A DNA stretch of 42,717 bases from a virus (lineage: Duplodnaviria > Caudoviricetes): IMG/VR virus record IMGVR_UViG_3300049844_000160, positions 1 to 42,717 of that record; one strand, 5' to 3'. This document shows positions 33,523-42,503 of this stretch, piece after piece (the stretch's first letter is position 1; the number at the start of each line of letters is the position of its first letter). The notes under the pieces are model-generated. The model was not told the origin of the DNA. It ran no database searches and saw only the letters and a program-made list of their open reading frames with translations. Both the position numbers and the translations under genes were made by a program.

Positions 33523-34613
33523 ACCAATCCCCTTCTTTTAGAATAAACAAAAAATCCTATTAGCTTAGAAAACTGCCATCCAATAGACATAATGGCCTTA
33601 CCGAAAAACGATGGCTTGCCGATACTGTTATCGTATTCAAACGCCATTTGGTTTGCCCACGCCCTTACAGCGGGAGCAATGATATATGCAATGAATGGTA
33701 GTGCATTTAATAATCTAACAACGTAAGAAGCCCAGGCAAGATAGCCAAACATAGCATCAGGATGATTGCGAAGAACCCAACGACCGAATTTCTCATCAGC
33801 TGCATACACTTCGTCATTTAATAACCCCATCGCGTTTAGTTTGGTGCAAATTATTTTCTTCCCAGCTTTTGCAGCTTCTTTTGCAGCTGCAGCTTCTTTT
33901 TGTGCTTTGGCTTTAGCAGCCGCAATTTCAATGCCCTGGTTGTACTGGCTTTGTACTAACTGATTTTGTCCACCCAGGTCTGCTTGTTTGGTTCCAAGTA
34001 GTGAAGTTTGAAGACCGGTCTTCTCAGCTGCACTCTTAGCACCTAGATCAAGCAATCCACTTGTAAGGTTAGTGCCAATATCAAAGGAACCACGGTCTTT
34101 AGCAAGACGGGCTTTCTGTGCATTTAGTAACTGGCTCTCAGCACCACTGGCTGCGATTCTTTCTCTAGCTCCACCAGAGAGTCCTCCACCCATAGCAAGT
34201 TGGGAGTATGCATTTTCTTGTGCTCCAGCACCAGAGATAGCTTGATTCTGAAGTTCGTCATTTAATTGCTGTGCAAGCTTTTCATTTCCAGCCGCTGCAG
34301 CTGCTTCTGCCTGTTGTTTTAAAAGAGCGTACTGAGGCAGATCGCCTTCCATATTGGCAAGACCTGATAGTTTTTTATATTCTTCGGTATCTGAAATACT
34401 TGAATAAGTAGGACGACCGGCCATGACTGCGTTGAGATTGTCGTCTAATGCTTTTTGCTGAGCCGCCTCAATTGCAGCTTCTTCCATTTCCTTTTTCTTT
34501 TTTGCATTCACGGCACCAAGCATGCCTTGTGATGTAAATAGTCCTGATTGGGGTTTCTGGTTCAAAAGACCCTGTTTCTGGATCTGTTGTTGCATTATTC
34601 CGCCTACAGCCAT
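33519..34613 (-). CDS. Putative internal virion protein with C-terminal KIICT domain
   Basis: Q/A/G-rich body with an LAxxGGLSGG motif, then an abrupt switch to an approximately 110-aa hydrophobic domain starting KKIICT. Confidence 0.6.
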   Translation of the reverse strand: MAVGGIMQQQIQKQGLLNQKPQSGLFTSQGMLGAVNAKKKKEMEEAAIEAAQQKALDDNLNAVMAGRPTYSSISDTEEYKKLSGLANMEGDLPQYALLKQQAEAAAAAGNEKLAQQLNDELQNQAISGAGAQENAYSQLAMGGGLSGGARERIAASGAESQLLNAQKARLAKDRGSFDIGTNLTSGLLDLGAKSAAEKTGLQTSLLGTKQADLGGQNQLVQSQYNQGIEIAAAKAKAQKEAAAAKEAAKAGKKIICTKLNAMGLLNDEVYAADEKFGRWVLRNHPDAMFGYLAWASYVVRLLNALPFIAYIIAPAVRAWANQMAFEYDNSIGKPSFFGKAIMSIGWQFSKLIGFFVYSKRRGLV

Positions 34614-34614
34614 A

Positions 34615-35529
34615 TTAATAATTTCCTTCCGAGTAAGAACTTAAATCTTGTTCAACAGTGTCGTCTTGATCTGGGACCATGTTTGATAGAGTTTCAAGCA
34701 TTTGCTTCTCCATTTTAAGAAGGGTCTCAACTTCTATTTGAACGCGAGGATTCCCCAATTCCTTCTTTAAACAGTTTACTATAACGAATTGAGCTATGTA
34801 ATGCCAGAATTCTGGAAAATCTATGTAGTCAGTTGTGGCACTTGGAATGGACGCATTTCGAATATACCAAACAAGAACTCTGGGCTCAGTTGCGGTAATG
34901 CTTACCGTACCACTGGCCACAGCATTTTCAGCCATAGTTATCTGTGTTGCTGAATCAACTGATTGAATCCTGGTGCCATCAACTATCCCAGTCCCGGAGA
35001 CGAAGTATTCGGCTGCCATTCCGGTTGTGCTACCAAGTCCTGTAATGATGGGGCTACCAGACACAGTTGTGCCAGTAGAGGTGACAGTTGTGGTTGTTTC
35101 AAGTGGTGTAGGGAATAGCCTGACCTTGGTTCCAAGTCGTGGGTCAAGGTTTACAAGCATATACTGATACGTGGCCGGATTGCCGACAGAATACCTTCTG
35201 GACAGTTCAGCGTCTTGGAATCTGTATTGCTTGGTTAAGCGTCTGATGTCGTACAACTCGCTACCGTTTGAATACATTACTCGCAGTATTTTGTTGGCGT
35301 ACATGTTAGCCGGTAGTGCGTAATCGGCTTGACCGTTAACAAGTCTCATTGTGCTTTGGGCTACGAAGTATTGGTCTTCAATGTTGAGCTTGTGAATTTC
35401 AGATTCACAGTAGCGAATGGCTTCTTCGAAATATGAGGTCATTTCAGTTGTTGTAATGAAATCCTCATCACGCAAATCAAGCTTATCTTGTACAAAGGTT
35501 ATTAGCTCACCAAGTGTTTTAAGTGCCAT
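34615..35529 (-). CDS. Head-tail adaptor protein
   Basis: TLGELI..V...LD, GQADYALP, RLFPTP and DFPEFWH patterns of podovirus adaptors. Confidence 0.7.
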   Translation of the reverse strand: MALKTLGELITFVQDKLDLRDEDFITTTEMTSYFEEAIRYCESEIHKLNIEDQYFVAQSTMRLVNGQADYALPANMYANKILRVMYSNGSELYDIRRLTKQYRFQDAELSRRYSVGNPATYQYMLVNLDPRLGTKVRLFPTPLETTTTVTSTGTTVSGSPIITGLGSTTGMAAEYFVSGTGIVDGTRIQSVDSATQITMAENAVASGTVSITATEPRVLVWYIRNASIPSATTDYIDFPEFWHYIAQFVIVNCLKKELGNPRVQIEVETLLKMEKQMLETLSNMVPDQDDTVEQDLSSYSEGNY

Positions 35530-35845
35530 AGCTCCCCCCAAAGAATCTTACAGTACAAGCTCCACTTGTTGTAAGCGAAATGTTTGTTGCAGTAAATGAG
35601 TCGTAAATAAATGTAGCAGTCTGACCGTTTGTAACAGAAGTAACAATAATGTCTTTTGGTCTAAATCCTAAATTATGTGGCACCAGGAGTGCCGTTACTG
35701 CAGCCGTCACCGTCACGGAAAAGAACTGAAAGTTAGTTGTAAGAATCTGTTGTGCAATCAGATACTCATATATCCACTGAATCGACTCTCTTACTCTCTC
35801 ATCCTTTATGTCTTCAAATAAAGGGCGACGCAGTGGTGTTGCCAT
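35519..35845 (-). CDS. Small tail-associated protein
   Basis: VxHNLGxxP motif; lies between nozzle and adaptor. Confidence 0.6.
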   Translation of the reverse strand: MATPLRRPLFEDIKDERVRESIQWIYEYLIAQQILTTNFQFFSVTVTAAVTALLVPHNLGFRPKDIIVTSVTNGQTATFIYDSFTATNISLTTSGACTVRFFGGSYGT

Positions 35846-38403
35846 TACACAGCACCAGATACAGATTGAAAGCTTGATTGTGTGCTGCCAAGAATCTCAA
35901 AGAACATCGAGTATTCCACAAGGTTAATATAGTTATTAATTGGGAATCCTCGAATCACCCAGTCTCCCGCAGCGCCAGTTGCCACATCATTCCCAGTGTC
36001 TAGAAAGGTAAACGTTGAACTTGTGCTGGATAGTATTTTGTATTCAGCCGTGTACGAGTCAGTTGAAAAACTTACAAAATAAGCATGTAAATCATCCGGT
36101 AAAGCATTGCTAACGGTCATAACCTTTGTGCCAGCCGAGCCGGAGGATATGGTGCCAGCCAAATAACTGTTTGAGTTGTAAATATTGATAACACCTGTTT
36201 TGAGGTGCAGTTGTTTATATTCACATCTTAAACTGTTTTTGGGAAAGCGTCGCATTTCATCAACTATTTGTTGTCTTCTGCGCCACAGTCTTGGATCTCC
36301 ATAAGAAACAAGCGGTGTGCCCCAGTAATAAAAAGCTTGTGATACAACTTCTCTCATTTCAGAAAGAGAGTTGTTAATATTGTTTTCGCTATAAGGGATT
36401 AGTGAAGCTATGGATGATACGTCCCCCCTGGGGCGAAGCTTGATTAAAACAGAGTTAACCCACTTTATGAATTCTGTTGTACCGAAATCCATAGCTGGCC
36501 CACTGTAGACGTTTAGTATGCTGAGCTTATATGGATCAACTTCAGTTGCGCCTGCAGCGCTATCAACTGATGAATCAAGCTGTACATCATACAATGTATC
36601 GTTATCGTATTTAAGTGTGAAACCACGGCCATCACCTTGCCAGATCGTATCGTTGGCGTTTAGCAGTGCACTCGGCTGGAAGTTTCCGTAATAGTCGATA
36701 CCAAGGCGAGCTTCATGAAAGAAGCTTGCCATAACCGTTCCTGCACCTATCGACACGTTTGTTGTAAACGTAGTCGCACTATCCACACTGACTATGTATG
36801 CATCAAACGTATGCGCTGGAGATCTAACAAAATCTCCTGCTAACATACTAGCAGTTGAGCCTACCGTTACAGTGGTACCAGAAACGCTGACGTTTTGAGA
36901 AAGAAACGGCCCATCTCCAACGTAACCACTGGTCCAAGTAGTGAATTTATTTACCGGTAAGTATAAACAAAATATTTTGTTATTTTCAGTTCCTGTATCT
37001 CCACCTGGGTTATTTGTCGCCCAAAGGATGCGTTTGTTAATACCATCATAAACGCCGTATATTCTTTTTCTTTGTAGCGCTGTAGACACTAGCCCAGCGT
37101 ATGTTTCCTTAAAGTCTTCTGCAGAAAGAGACTGTACATTGTATCCGTCTGTGAAATAAAACCCATCATTGCCAGCGAAATACAAACCATTCATGGTTTG
37201 AACAATGGAAAGATGCCCAACGCATCCAACCTTGTCTGAGATTTTCCTAGGGAATAGTCCGCCACGTCCTGAATTATCAAATGTGCCATCGAGTCGGTAG
37301 ACTGAGTTTTTGCCGAAAATTATTGGAATCGATTTAATGGAAGATATTCCAGTGATCGGTTCTTCTATGTCGGTGTAGAAAGACGCCGGTACACTGTCCG
37401 GATCGCCTCGCTTAGATTGCCAAACACGCTGAGGAATATATTCCCCATCAGCACTTGAAACCGAGACTTCTTTTCCATTGGCGTAGAAAGTAAAATCAGA
37501 CGTGGAATGTACATAGGCTGCCTTAGGGGGGCGGTCATTTTCCAGGACTCCCCCTGTTGTATATAAAGTGACTCCAGCTGTAACAAGGGTATTGTCTGAT
37601 GTCGTGTCGGCATAAGAAGTGGTTCCATTCGTGACTTCGCCAACATAATAAAGTACTGACCCCCCATTTGTAGTTCGATAAACTTCAACCTTTATAGCCG
37701 TAGTATCGTAATGCTCACCCGTGGCGTTTGCTAGAACCGGAATGGACCCAACAGTAATGCCTGGATTAGAGCTTGGTGTCGCAGTTCCGATTCCTGTGAA
37801 TGATGAAAGATAAGGACGCCCTCTATCGATATAGGCCGTTGAGCCCACATTATAGGTATATTTATAAACTAGGGCGTAAATGTAATTAGCCCCTGCTCCA
37901 CCCGTTGCTGTAAATCCTGTTGCGATTCTTGGCAAACCCGCAGTTCTTAATGTAAGTGTCCCTGAGCTTTCTCTATAAACTTTCACAGGTATTTGAAATG
38001 GAGTTTCATGAGCAATAAATGTGTGATTGTTCCAATCAGAATATGAACAAGCAACTTCCTCGTCCATATCAGTAATGTTAAATGCTGATGCAGAACCTGG
38101 TCCTACAAGCTCAGTTCTTGTAGTGCCGTTGTCGTAAAAAAGCTTTGTAGATGATTGTTTTAAAACAGTGAAATTTGCATCTGCTCCAGTAGTCTGCGGA
38201 GCCATAAGCCCAACTCGTAGATTAGTGCTGAGACGTGCCCTAACGCCAGTAGTGGTAAAATCAAGCAAAGTGCCAGGACGTGTCTGTAGGTCTTCATATT
38301 CATTAATAACAAAATTATCAGCGGTTTCGTATTTGTTTATGTCAGCACTAACTGGAAAATCTGTAATTCCACCAGCAAATCCTTTTACTGATATTGTAGA
38401 CAT
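35845..38403 (-). CDS. Tail nozzle / tubular protein B-like
   Basis: 852 aa; FxGG N-terminus, NF..LxxRPG, VGC...SIV...LYF beta-propeller motifs, C-terminal DFG..KW. Confidence 0.75.
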   Translation of the reverse strand: MSTISVKGFAGGITDFPVSADINKYETADNFVINEYEDLQTRPGTLLDFTTTGVRARLSTNLRVGLMAPQTTGADANFTVLKQSSTKLFYDNGTTRTELVGPGSASAFNITDMDEEVACSYSDWNNHTFIAHETPFQIPVKVYRESSGTLTLRTAGLPRIATGFTATGGAGANYIYALVYKYTYNVGSTAYIDRGRPYLSSFTGIGTATPSSNPGITVGSIPVLANATGEHYDTTAIKVEVYRTTNGGSVLYYVGEVTNGTTSYADTTSDNTLVTAGVTLYTTGGVLENDRPPKAAYVHSTSDFTFYANGKEVSVSSADGEYIPQRVWQSKRGDPDSVPASFYTDIEEPITGISSIKSIPIIFGKNSVYRLDGTFDNSGRGGLFPRKISDKVGCVGHLSIVQTMNGLYFAGNDGFYFTDGYNVQSLSAEDFKETYAGLVSTALQRKRIYGVYDGINKRILWATNNPGGDTGTENNKIFCLYLPVNKFTTWTSGYVGDGPFLSQNVSVSGTTVTVGSTASMLAGDFVRSPAHTFDAYIVSVDSATTFTTNVSIGAGTVMASFFHEARLGIDYYGNFQPSALLNANDTIWQGDGRGFTLKYDNDTLYDVQLDSSVDSAAGATEVDPYKLSILNVYSGPAMDFGTTEFIKWVNSVLIKLRPRGDVSSIASLIPYSENNINNSLSEMREVVSQAFYYWGTPLVSYGDPRLWRRRQQIVDEMRRFPKNSLRCEYKQLHLKTGVINIYNSNSYLAGTISSGSAGTKVMTVSNALPDDLHAYFVSFSTDSYTAEYKILSSTSSTFTFLDTGNDVATGAAGDWVIRGFPINNYINLVEYSMFFEILGSTQSSFQSVSGAV

Positions 38404-38609
38404 TAAAGCCTTTCCTCTAGCTTCTCAATTCGCTTGTCATGATGTTCAAGTCTTGCGAGAACTTCGCTTATTTTAATGTTCAGAGAGTCCACAGCGTTTC
38501 TCATCAAGGTAAACTCTGACACGAAATAAGCCGCTATGCTTGTAATTATAACTCCAATGATAGTTAAAAGAATCATTACCACTTCGCTAAGTGTCATTTT
38601 AAAACCCAA
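38403..38609 (-). CDS. Small TM plus coiled-coil protein (holin/XhlA-like)
   Basis: Single TM segment followed by HDKRIEKLE. Confidence 0.55.
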   Translation of the reverse strand: MGFKMTLSEVVMILLTIIGVIITSIAAYFVSEFTLMRNAVDSLNIKISEVLARLEHHDKRIEKLEERL

Positions 38610-39390
38610 AATCCTTTCCTAAGAGAGAAGCTAATTTAACTATCGGATGATCCTTTCGGTAAATTTTACGAAAAATTGACTCTAATGTGCCAAGTCGCAG
38701 AATTTTAATCTGTTTCCATAATACCGTGACTATGTCCAAAGACCAATTTCGCCATTCGTTTTCCATGTCTACTTGATTTAAAAAGTAGACTTTAAGCCAT
38801 GAAAATTGAGTTTCGTCAGCCTCCTTGCTGAAGGCCCCCCGGAGTAGGTCCCAGAGACAAATAATCCAATCAACAAGTTTTACGTGTGCACCCGACATAA
38901 CCCTGTAAAAGCTCATATCAGACTGACTAAATTCTTGTTTTATGTCCCATATCTCAGGATTTACATTGTTGTAATTGTATTTATGTTTCTCGCCCCACGC
39001 TAAGATTTCAGCTGCATAATTAGTTTTAGCCCAAATCCCAGCCCCAGCTATGGCGACGTAGTTTTTTTGATTGTTAAATTGATCTACCCGCACATCTCCA
39101 TGGGGGTGCATGTTAAAAAGTCCTATACAGTCCTTGCGTCTCAAAGACTCAATAACCTCTTTTATATAAACCGAATGAGGCATGATGTTGATCCTGGAAA
39201 TTGCAGCCATAGTGAGGAAGTAAACGCCATACAAAACACCGTAGTTATTCTTAACCGTCTCACGGCCATCGGGGCCGATAATTGAATCTTCTGGGTATGG
39301 ATCAAGGCGTCCAAGGCCAGTCATGCTAATCCACCTGTCTGTGGTGTATTCAGCGTAGATGTCCTCTCGCATCTTATCTATGTAAGCCAC
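38599..39390 (-). CDS. Hypothetical protein (263 aa)
   Basis: Coupled ORF, aromatic-rich and helical; no recognised motif. Confidence 0.7.
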   Translation of the reverse strand: MAYIDKMREDIYAEYTTDRWISMTGLGRLDPYPEDSIIGPDGRETVKNNYGVLYGVYFLTMAAISRINIMPHSVYIKEVIESLRRKDCIGLFNMHPHGDVRVDQFNNQKNYVAIAGAGIWAKTNYAAEILAWGEKHKYNYNNVNPEIWDIKQEFSQSDMSFYRVMSGAHVKLVDWIICLWDLLRGAFSKEADETQFSWLKVYFLNQVDMENEWRNWSLDIVTVLWKQIKILRLGTLESIFRKIYRKDHPIVKLASLLGKDFGF

Positions 39391-39989
39391 TACATCTCCG
39401 CTAAAAATGCATTAGCAATATTGGCGTGACCACTATTGCTAGGGTGTATATTATCTCCACTAACATCCGTATTTGGGTTATATGCGGCCGATGCATCTAT
39501 TAGAATTACATTCGAGTGGGCCGCCGCTCTGGCTGAAATTATCGCATTAAACTGTCCGACAGCCGTATCGCTACCAACGTTGAATGGTGATCCAAGAGCA
39601 TAGCCGCTTGCGGTCATCTTTAAGCAATTGCCAAGATATACAGTGGCACCCGTTGTTTCTAAATAAGCTAAAATAGTTTCTAGATTGTTTGAATAGGTTG
39701 TTTGGCCAGGACCATCGGTGCCGGTAAAACGCATATCATTAAAGCCAGTAAGAAAAATTACTTTGTGCGCACTGGTAAATGGGTACTTTAAAATAGCTGT
39801 AATTTGTGTGGCATCTGCGATTCGTGACCCACCAACAGCTCTATTGTCTATTTCCCATTTTTTGGTAGTAGCAACTCTTTGGGCATAGCCTGCTAGATAA
39901 CTGGTTGTACCAGATACGCCTAAAGTTATAGAGTCGCCAAAAGCGACAACTAATCCCGATAAAGCAACTCCCAAACCGCCACCAAGCAT
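39390..39989 (-). CDS. SGNH/GDSL hydrolase (esterase)
   Basis: Blocks FGDSIT, AVGG, GFND and DNIHP; ATG 39989 follows the fibre stop. Confidence 0.9.
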   Translation of the reverse strand: MLGGGLGVALSGLVVAFGDSITLGVSGTTSYLAGYAQRVATTKKWEIDNRAVGGSRIADATQITAILKYPFTSAHKVIFLTGFNDMRFTGTDGPGQTTYSNNLETILAYLETTGATVYLGNCLKMTASGYALGSPFNVGSDTAVGQFNAIISARAAAHSNVILIDASAAYNPNTDVSGDNIHPSNSGHANIANAFLAEM

Positions 39990-39990
39990 C

Positions 39991-41331
39991 TTACCCCCAC
40001 TGTCTGGCTGAAATACGGCCATCAGCTGAAGAGCTAGCTCCAACAGATTTAGCCGTTAAATAAAAAGTCGTAGTTGTTGTAACTACTTTGCGCACTCCAG
40101 CCAATGTCCCATGTCCATCTACCGTGGCTGACGCCACTGATTGAACCAATGTATCTCCAAGAACTGCACCAGTAGCAGAGTTGGTAGCTGTAGCTATTGC
40201 GAAGTTTCCACCAGTAATAGATGCTCCGCCCGCTATTTCACATACGGCATCCAATTGCCAATCGCCAGGTGTTAGCTCTATTGAAGCTACCGTAGTATAG
40301 GTCGCAGTGTTCACACCAACAGAAGCGCCAGACGATGATTTATATGCACCAACTCCAAAAGAATTGTGGCTCAGCGGTGATGTCTCAGAGATGGCAGTTA
40401 CCCATGCGCCAGCTGTTGCTTGCGTTGATTTAAGTCTTCCTAGGAGTCTAATAGGAACGTTTGTTCTTCCAGTTGTAGAATATAATGAATCTGCATCAGA
40501 TGCAGTATCAATGGTTACTGATGTATGTAGTTCTCTCTCATCTTTCAGGGTAGATGAAACAGCCAACTCAACTGTGCCAGCATTATCTAATGCATAAACA
40601 TAGACATAAGCAGCACTAGCACTCGGGTGCCCAAGAGTCGCGCCAGACGGTACCACAACAGACAATGCTCCAGTTACAGTCCTTTGATTGTAAGTACCTG
40701 TTGCTGCAGTTGAGTTTCTGAAGCCAATTTTTACAGAGCTTCCACCACTGGGATCGGAACCTGCTTTTGTTTTAAGGGCTACCGTAAGAGCGCTTGCAGC
40801 GACAGAGCCAGCAAGAGAGGCGTTTGTCAGTTCATAACTTTGGTCAGGTAATCCTGCAGCTGTTGTTCCAACTAGTGTCTCTGTTCCGGCATCGTCCTTT
40901 TGATAAAGAAGACCGTCAGATTTGAAATATATAACGCCATTCCCAGAGGCGGGCGTGCTCGGTGTAGCTATTTCGGCAATCGTAACCCCACCGGCTGTAA
41001 CCGAAGGAGACGTCATGCTTGGTGCTGTTAGTGTTTTATTAGTTAAAGTTTGTGTGTCTGTATCACCGACAACAACACCTGCAGGCACAGCCTTAGTGTT
41101 GGACACCACAACTCCTGAAGCATCGCGAACCAAGAACTTAGACGCATTGGCCAGTACTGTGGCAAGGTTTGATTCTGCAACGGCCCCAGCTGCAATCCCA
41201 CCAGATGCAATCGGTACGCCCTTTGTCGAACTGTGGTCATGAGTGTCGATAGCGTTAAATGAAGTCTCAATTTTATCAACGTAATCCGTATCGTTAAGAA
41301 CCGGAGGATTTACACCGTCTATATTGGCCAT
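39991..41331 (-). CDS. Tail fibre protein
   Basis: N-terminal IDxHDH anchor, DTQTLTNKTLT repeat motif, C-terminal SIxLTPGDW beta domain. Confidence 0.75.
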   Translation of the reverse strand: MANIDGVNPPVLNDTDYVDKIETSFNAIDTHDHSSTKGVPIASGGIAAGAVAESNLATVLANASKFLVRDASGVVVSNTKAVPAGVVVGDTDTQTLTNKTLTAPSMTSPSVTAGGVTIAEIATPSTPASGNGVIYFKSDGLLYQKDDAGTETLVGTTAAGLPDQSYELTNASLAGSVAASALTVALKTKAGSDPSGGSSVKIGFRNSTAATGTYNQRTVTGALSVVVPSGATLGHPSASAAYVYVYALDNAGTVELAVSSTLKDERELHTSVTIDTASDADSLYSTTGRTNVPIRLLGRLKSTQATAGAWVTAISETSPLSHNSFGVGAYKSSSGASVGVNTATYTTVASIELTPGDWQLDAVCEIAGGASITGGNFAIATATNSATGAVLGDTLVQSVASATVDGHGTLAGVRKVVTTTTTFYLTAKSVGASSSADGRISARQWG

Positions 41332-41347
41332 TTAATTCTATGCTCCC

Positions 41348-41617
41348 CTATTTTTCTTCGCATGACTTTAGGCGCTCTACCTTGTCATCGTAATCTTTTC
41401 GAAAAGCCTTAAACTCTTCTATTTTAAAAACTATGCAATTATACCCGTCGTTGCCATTCATGCCTACAGCACAGAAATTTAGATCAACATCTTTTGTCTC
41501 GTCTGGCCCACGCAATTTAGAATTTTCTAAATCAAGGACGTACCATTTATATGGGAAGCTGGCACATGCCACCACTGATATTAAAAAAACAGCGGCCAAT
41601 ATGAATGATTTAATCAT
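41348..41617 (-). CDS. Lipoprotein, putative o-spanin
   Basis: True start probably ATG 41617 (MIKSFILAAVFLISVVAC lipobox); last gene of the lysis cassette. Confidence 0.6.
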   Translation of the reverse strand: MIKSFILAAVFLISVVACASFPYKWYVLDLENSKLRGPDETKDVDLNFCAVGMNGNDGYNCIVFKIEEFKAFRKDYDDKVERLKSCEEK

Positions 41618-41787
41618 TCTGTCCACGTTGGCCTCCCTGTTTTCTTTGCTTTTTCTACGTCTTCTTCTGTACTCTTCTGACGATCCAAAACCTTTTCTGT
41701 TGGTGTTTTGGTAAACCATTTATCCAGAATAGGGAGGCCCTTAAAAAAAGCACTAAGAAAAGCAAAAAAAGCTTGGATATAACTCAT
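41614..41787 (-). CDS. Putative i-spanin (57 aa)
   Basis: Manual ORF MSYIQAFFAFLSAFFKGLP...; N-terminal hydrophobic anchor, charged tail, ATGA-coupled to the lipoprotein. Confidence 0.5.
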   Translation of the reverse strand: MSYIQAFFAFLSAFFKGLPILDKWFTKTPTEKVLDRQKSTEEDVEKAKKTGRPTWTE

Positions 41788-41788
41788 T

Positions 41789-42025
41789 TTATTTTTTAGG
41801 TAACTTTACTGAAGCAAACCAATCGAGAACAAACGCAACAGTTTTATAGGCCTTGCTTTTTTCAGCTGCTAACAAAAGCTCGTTATCTTTTGGTGAAGGT
41901 GTTGCATCTGCAAAAGCCTTTAGCATTGCAAAGAATGGTTTAAATACTGCTCTTAAAACCCCCATGACAACAAACAATACAGTGAGTTTAGGATGACCTT
42001 CCATTACTGTTATTAACCATTCCAT
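41789..42025 (-). CDS. Putative holin
   Basis: Small membrane protein with TPSxKDN motif, directly after the endolysin. Confidence 0.6.
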   Translation of the reverse strand: MEWLITVMEGHPKLTVLFVVMGVLRAVFKPFFAMLKAFADATPSPKDNELLLAAEKSKAYKTVAFVLDWFASVKLPKK

Positions 42026-42038
42026 TTAAATTTCCCCC

Positions 42039-42503
42039 TTAAATTTTATAAGCCTTCATTACTTTATCAACGTAACCCTGATTGCGAAAGAGCTTCGTTT
42101 GTGGATCTGTTATAGGCGTACCCCCATTATACGCTGCAGCTACCATTTCGGGAGTACCCCACTTGTCAAAAAGTTGTTTCAAAAACTTACAAGCATAGTG
42201 ACATGAAATCTCTGGATCTATGGATTGAGTGAGTGGGCCATCATAACCAAGCTCTCTCATCTTGGTGCCCATGATTTGCATAAGACCCCACGACATAGCC
42301 TGTAGGGTTCTTTCTGTTTCAACGGTAATCCCGTTTTTAGTTGCCCATTTTTCTGGGGTAAGAAAATACTTCCACTTTGGCTCAAATCTTATAGCCCAAG
42401 GATTTCCTGCAGACTCTACTCGGATAATAGCGTCAACGAATGCTTGGTCTAAACCAAACTCACTCGTCTTCGTTTTTGAGTCCCATTTCTTTGATTTTGC
42501 CAT
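42039..42503 (-). CDS. Lytic transglycosylase (SLT) endolysin, allele B (HNH-less)
   Basis: Catalytic VES, GLMQI, AAYNGG and YVxKV motifs. Confidence 0.92.
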   Translation of the reverse strand: MAKSKKWDSKTKTSEFGLDQAFVDAIIRVESAGNPWAIRFEPKWKYFLTPEKWATKNGITVETERTLQAMSWGLMQIMGTKMRELGYDGPLTQSIDPEISCHYACKFLKQLFDKWGTPEMVAAAYNGGTPITDPQTKLFRNQGYVDKVMKAYKI

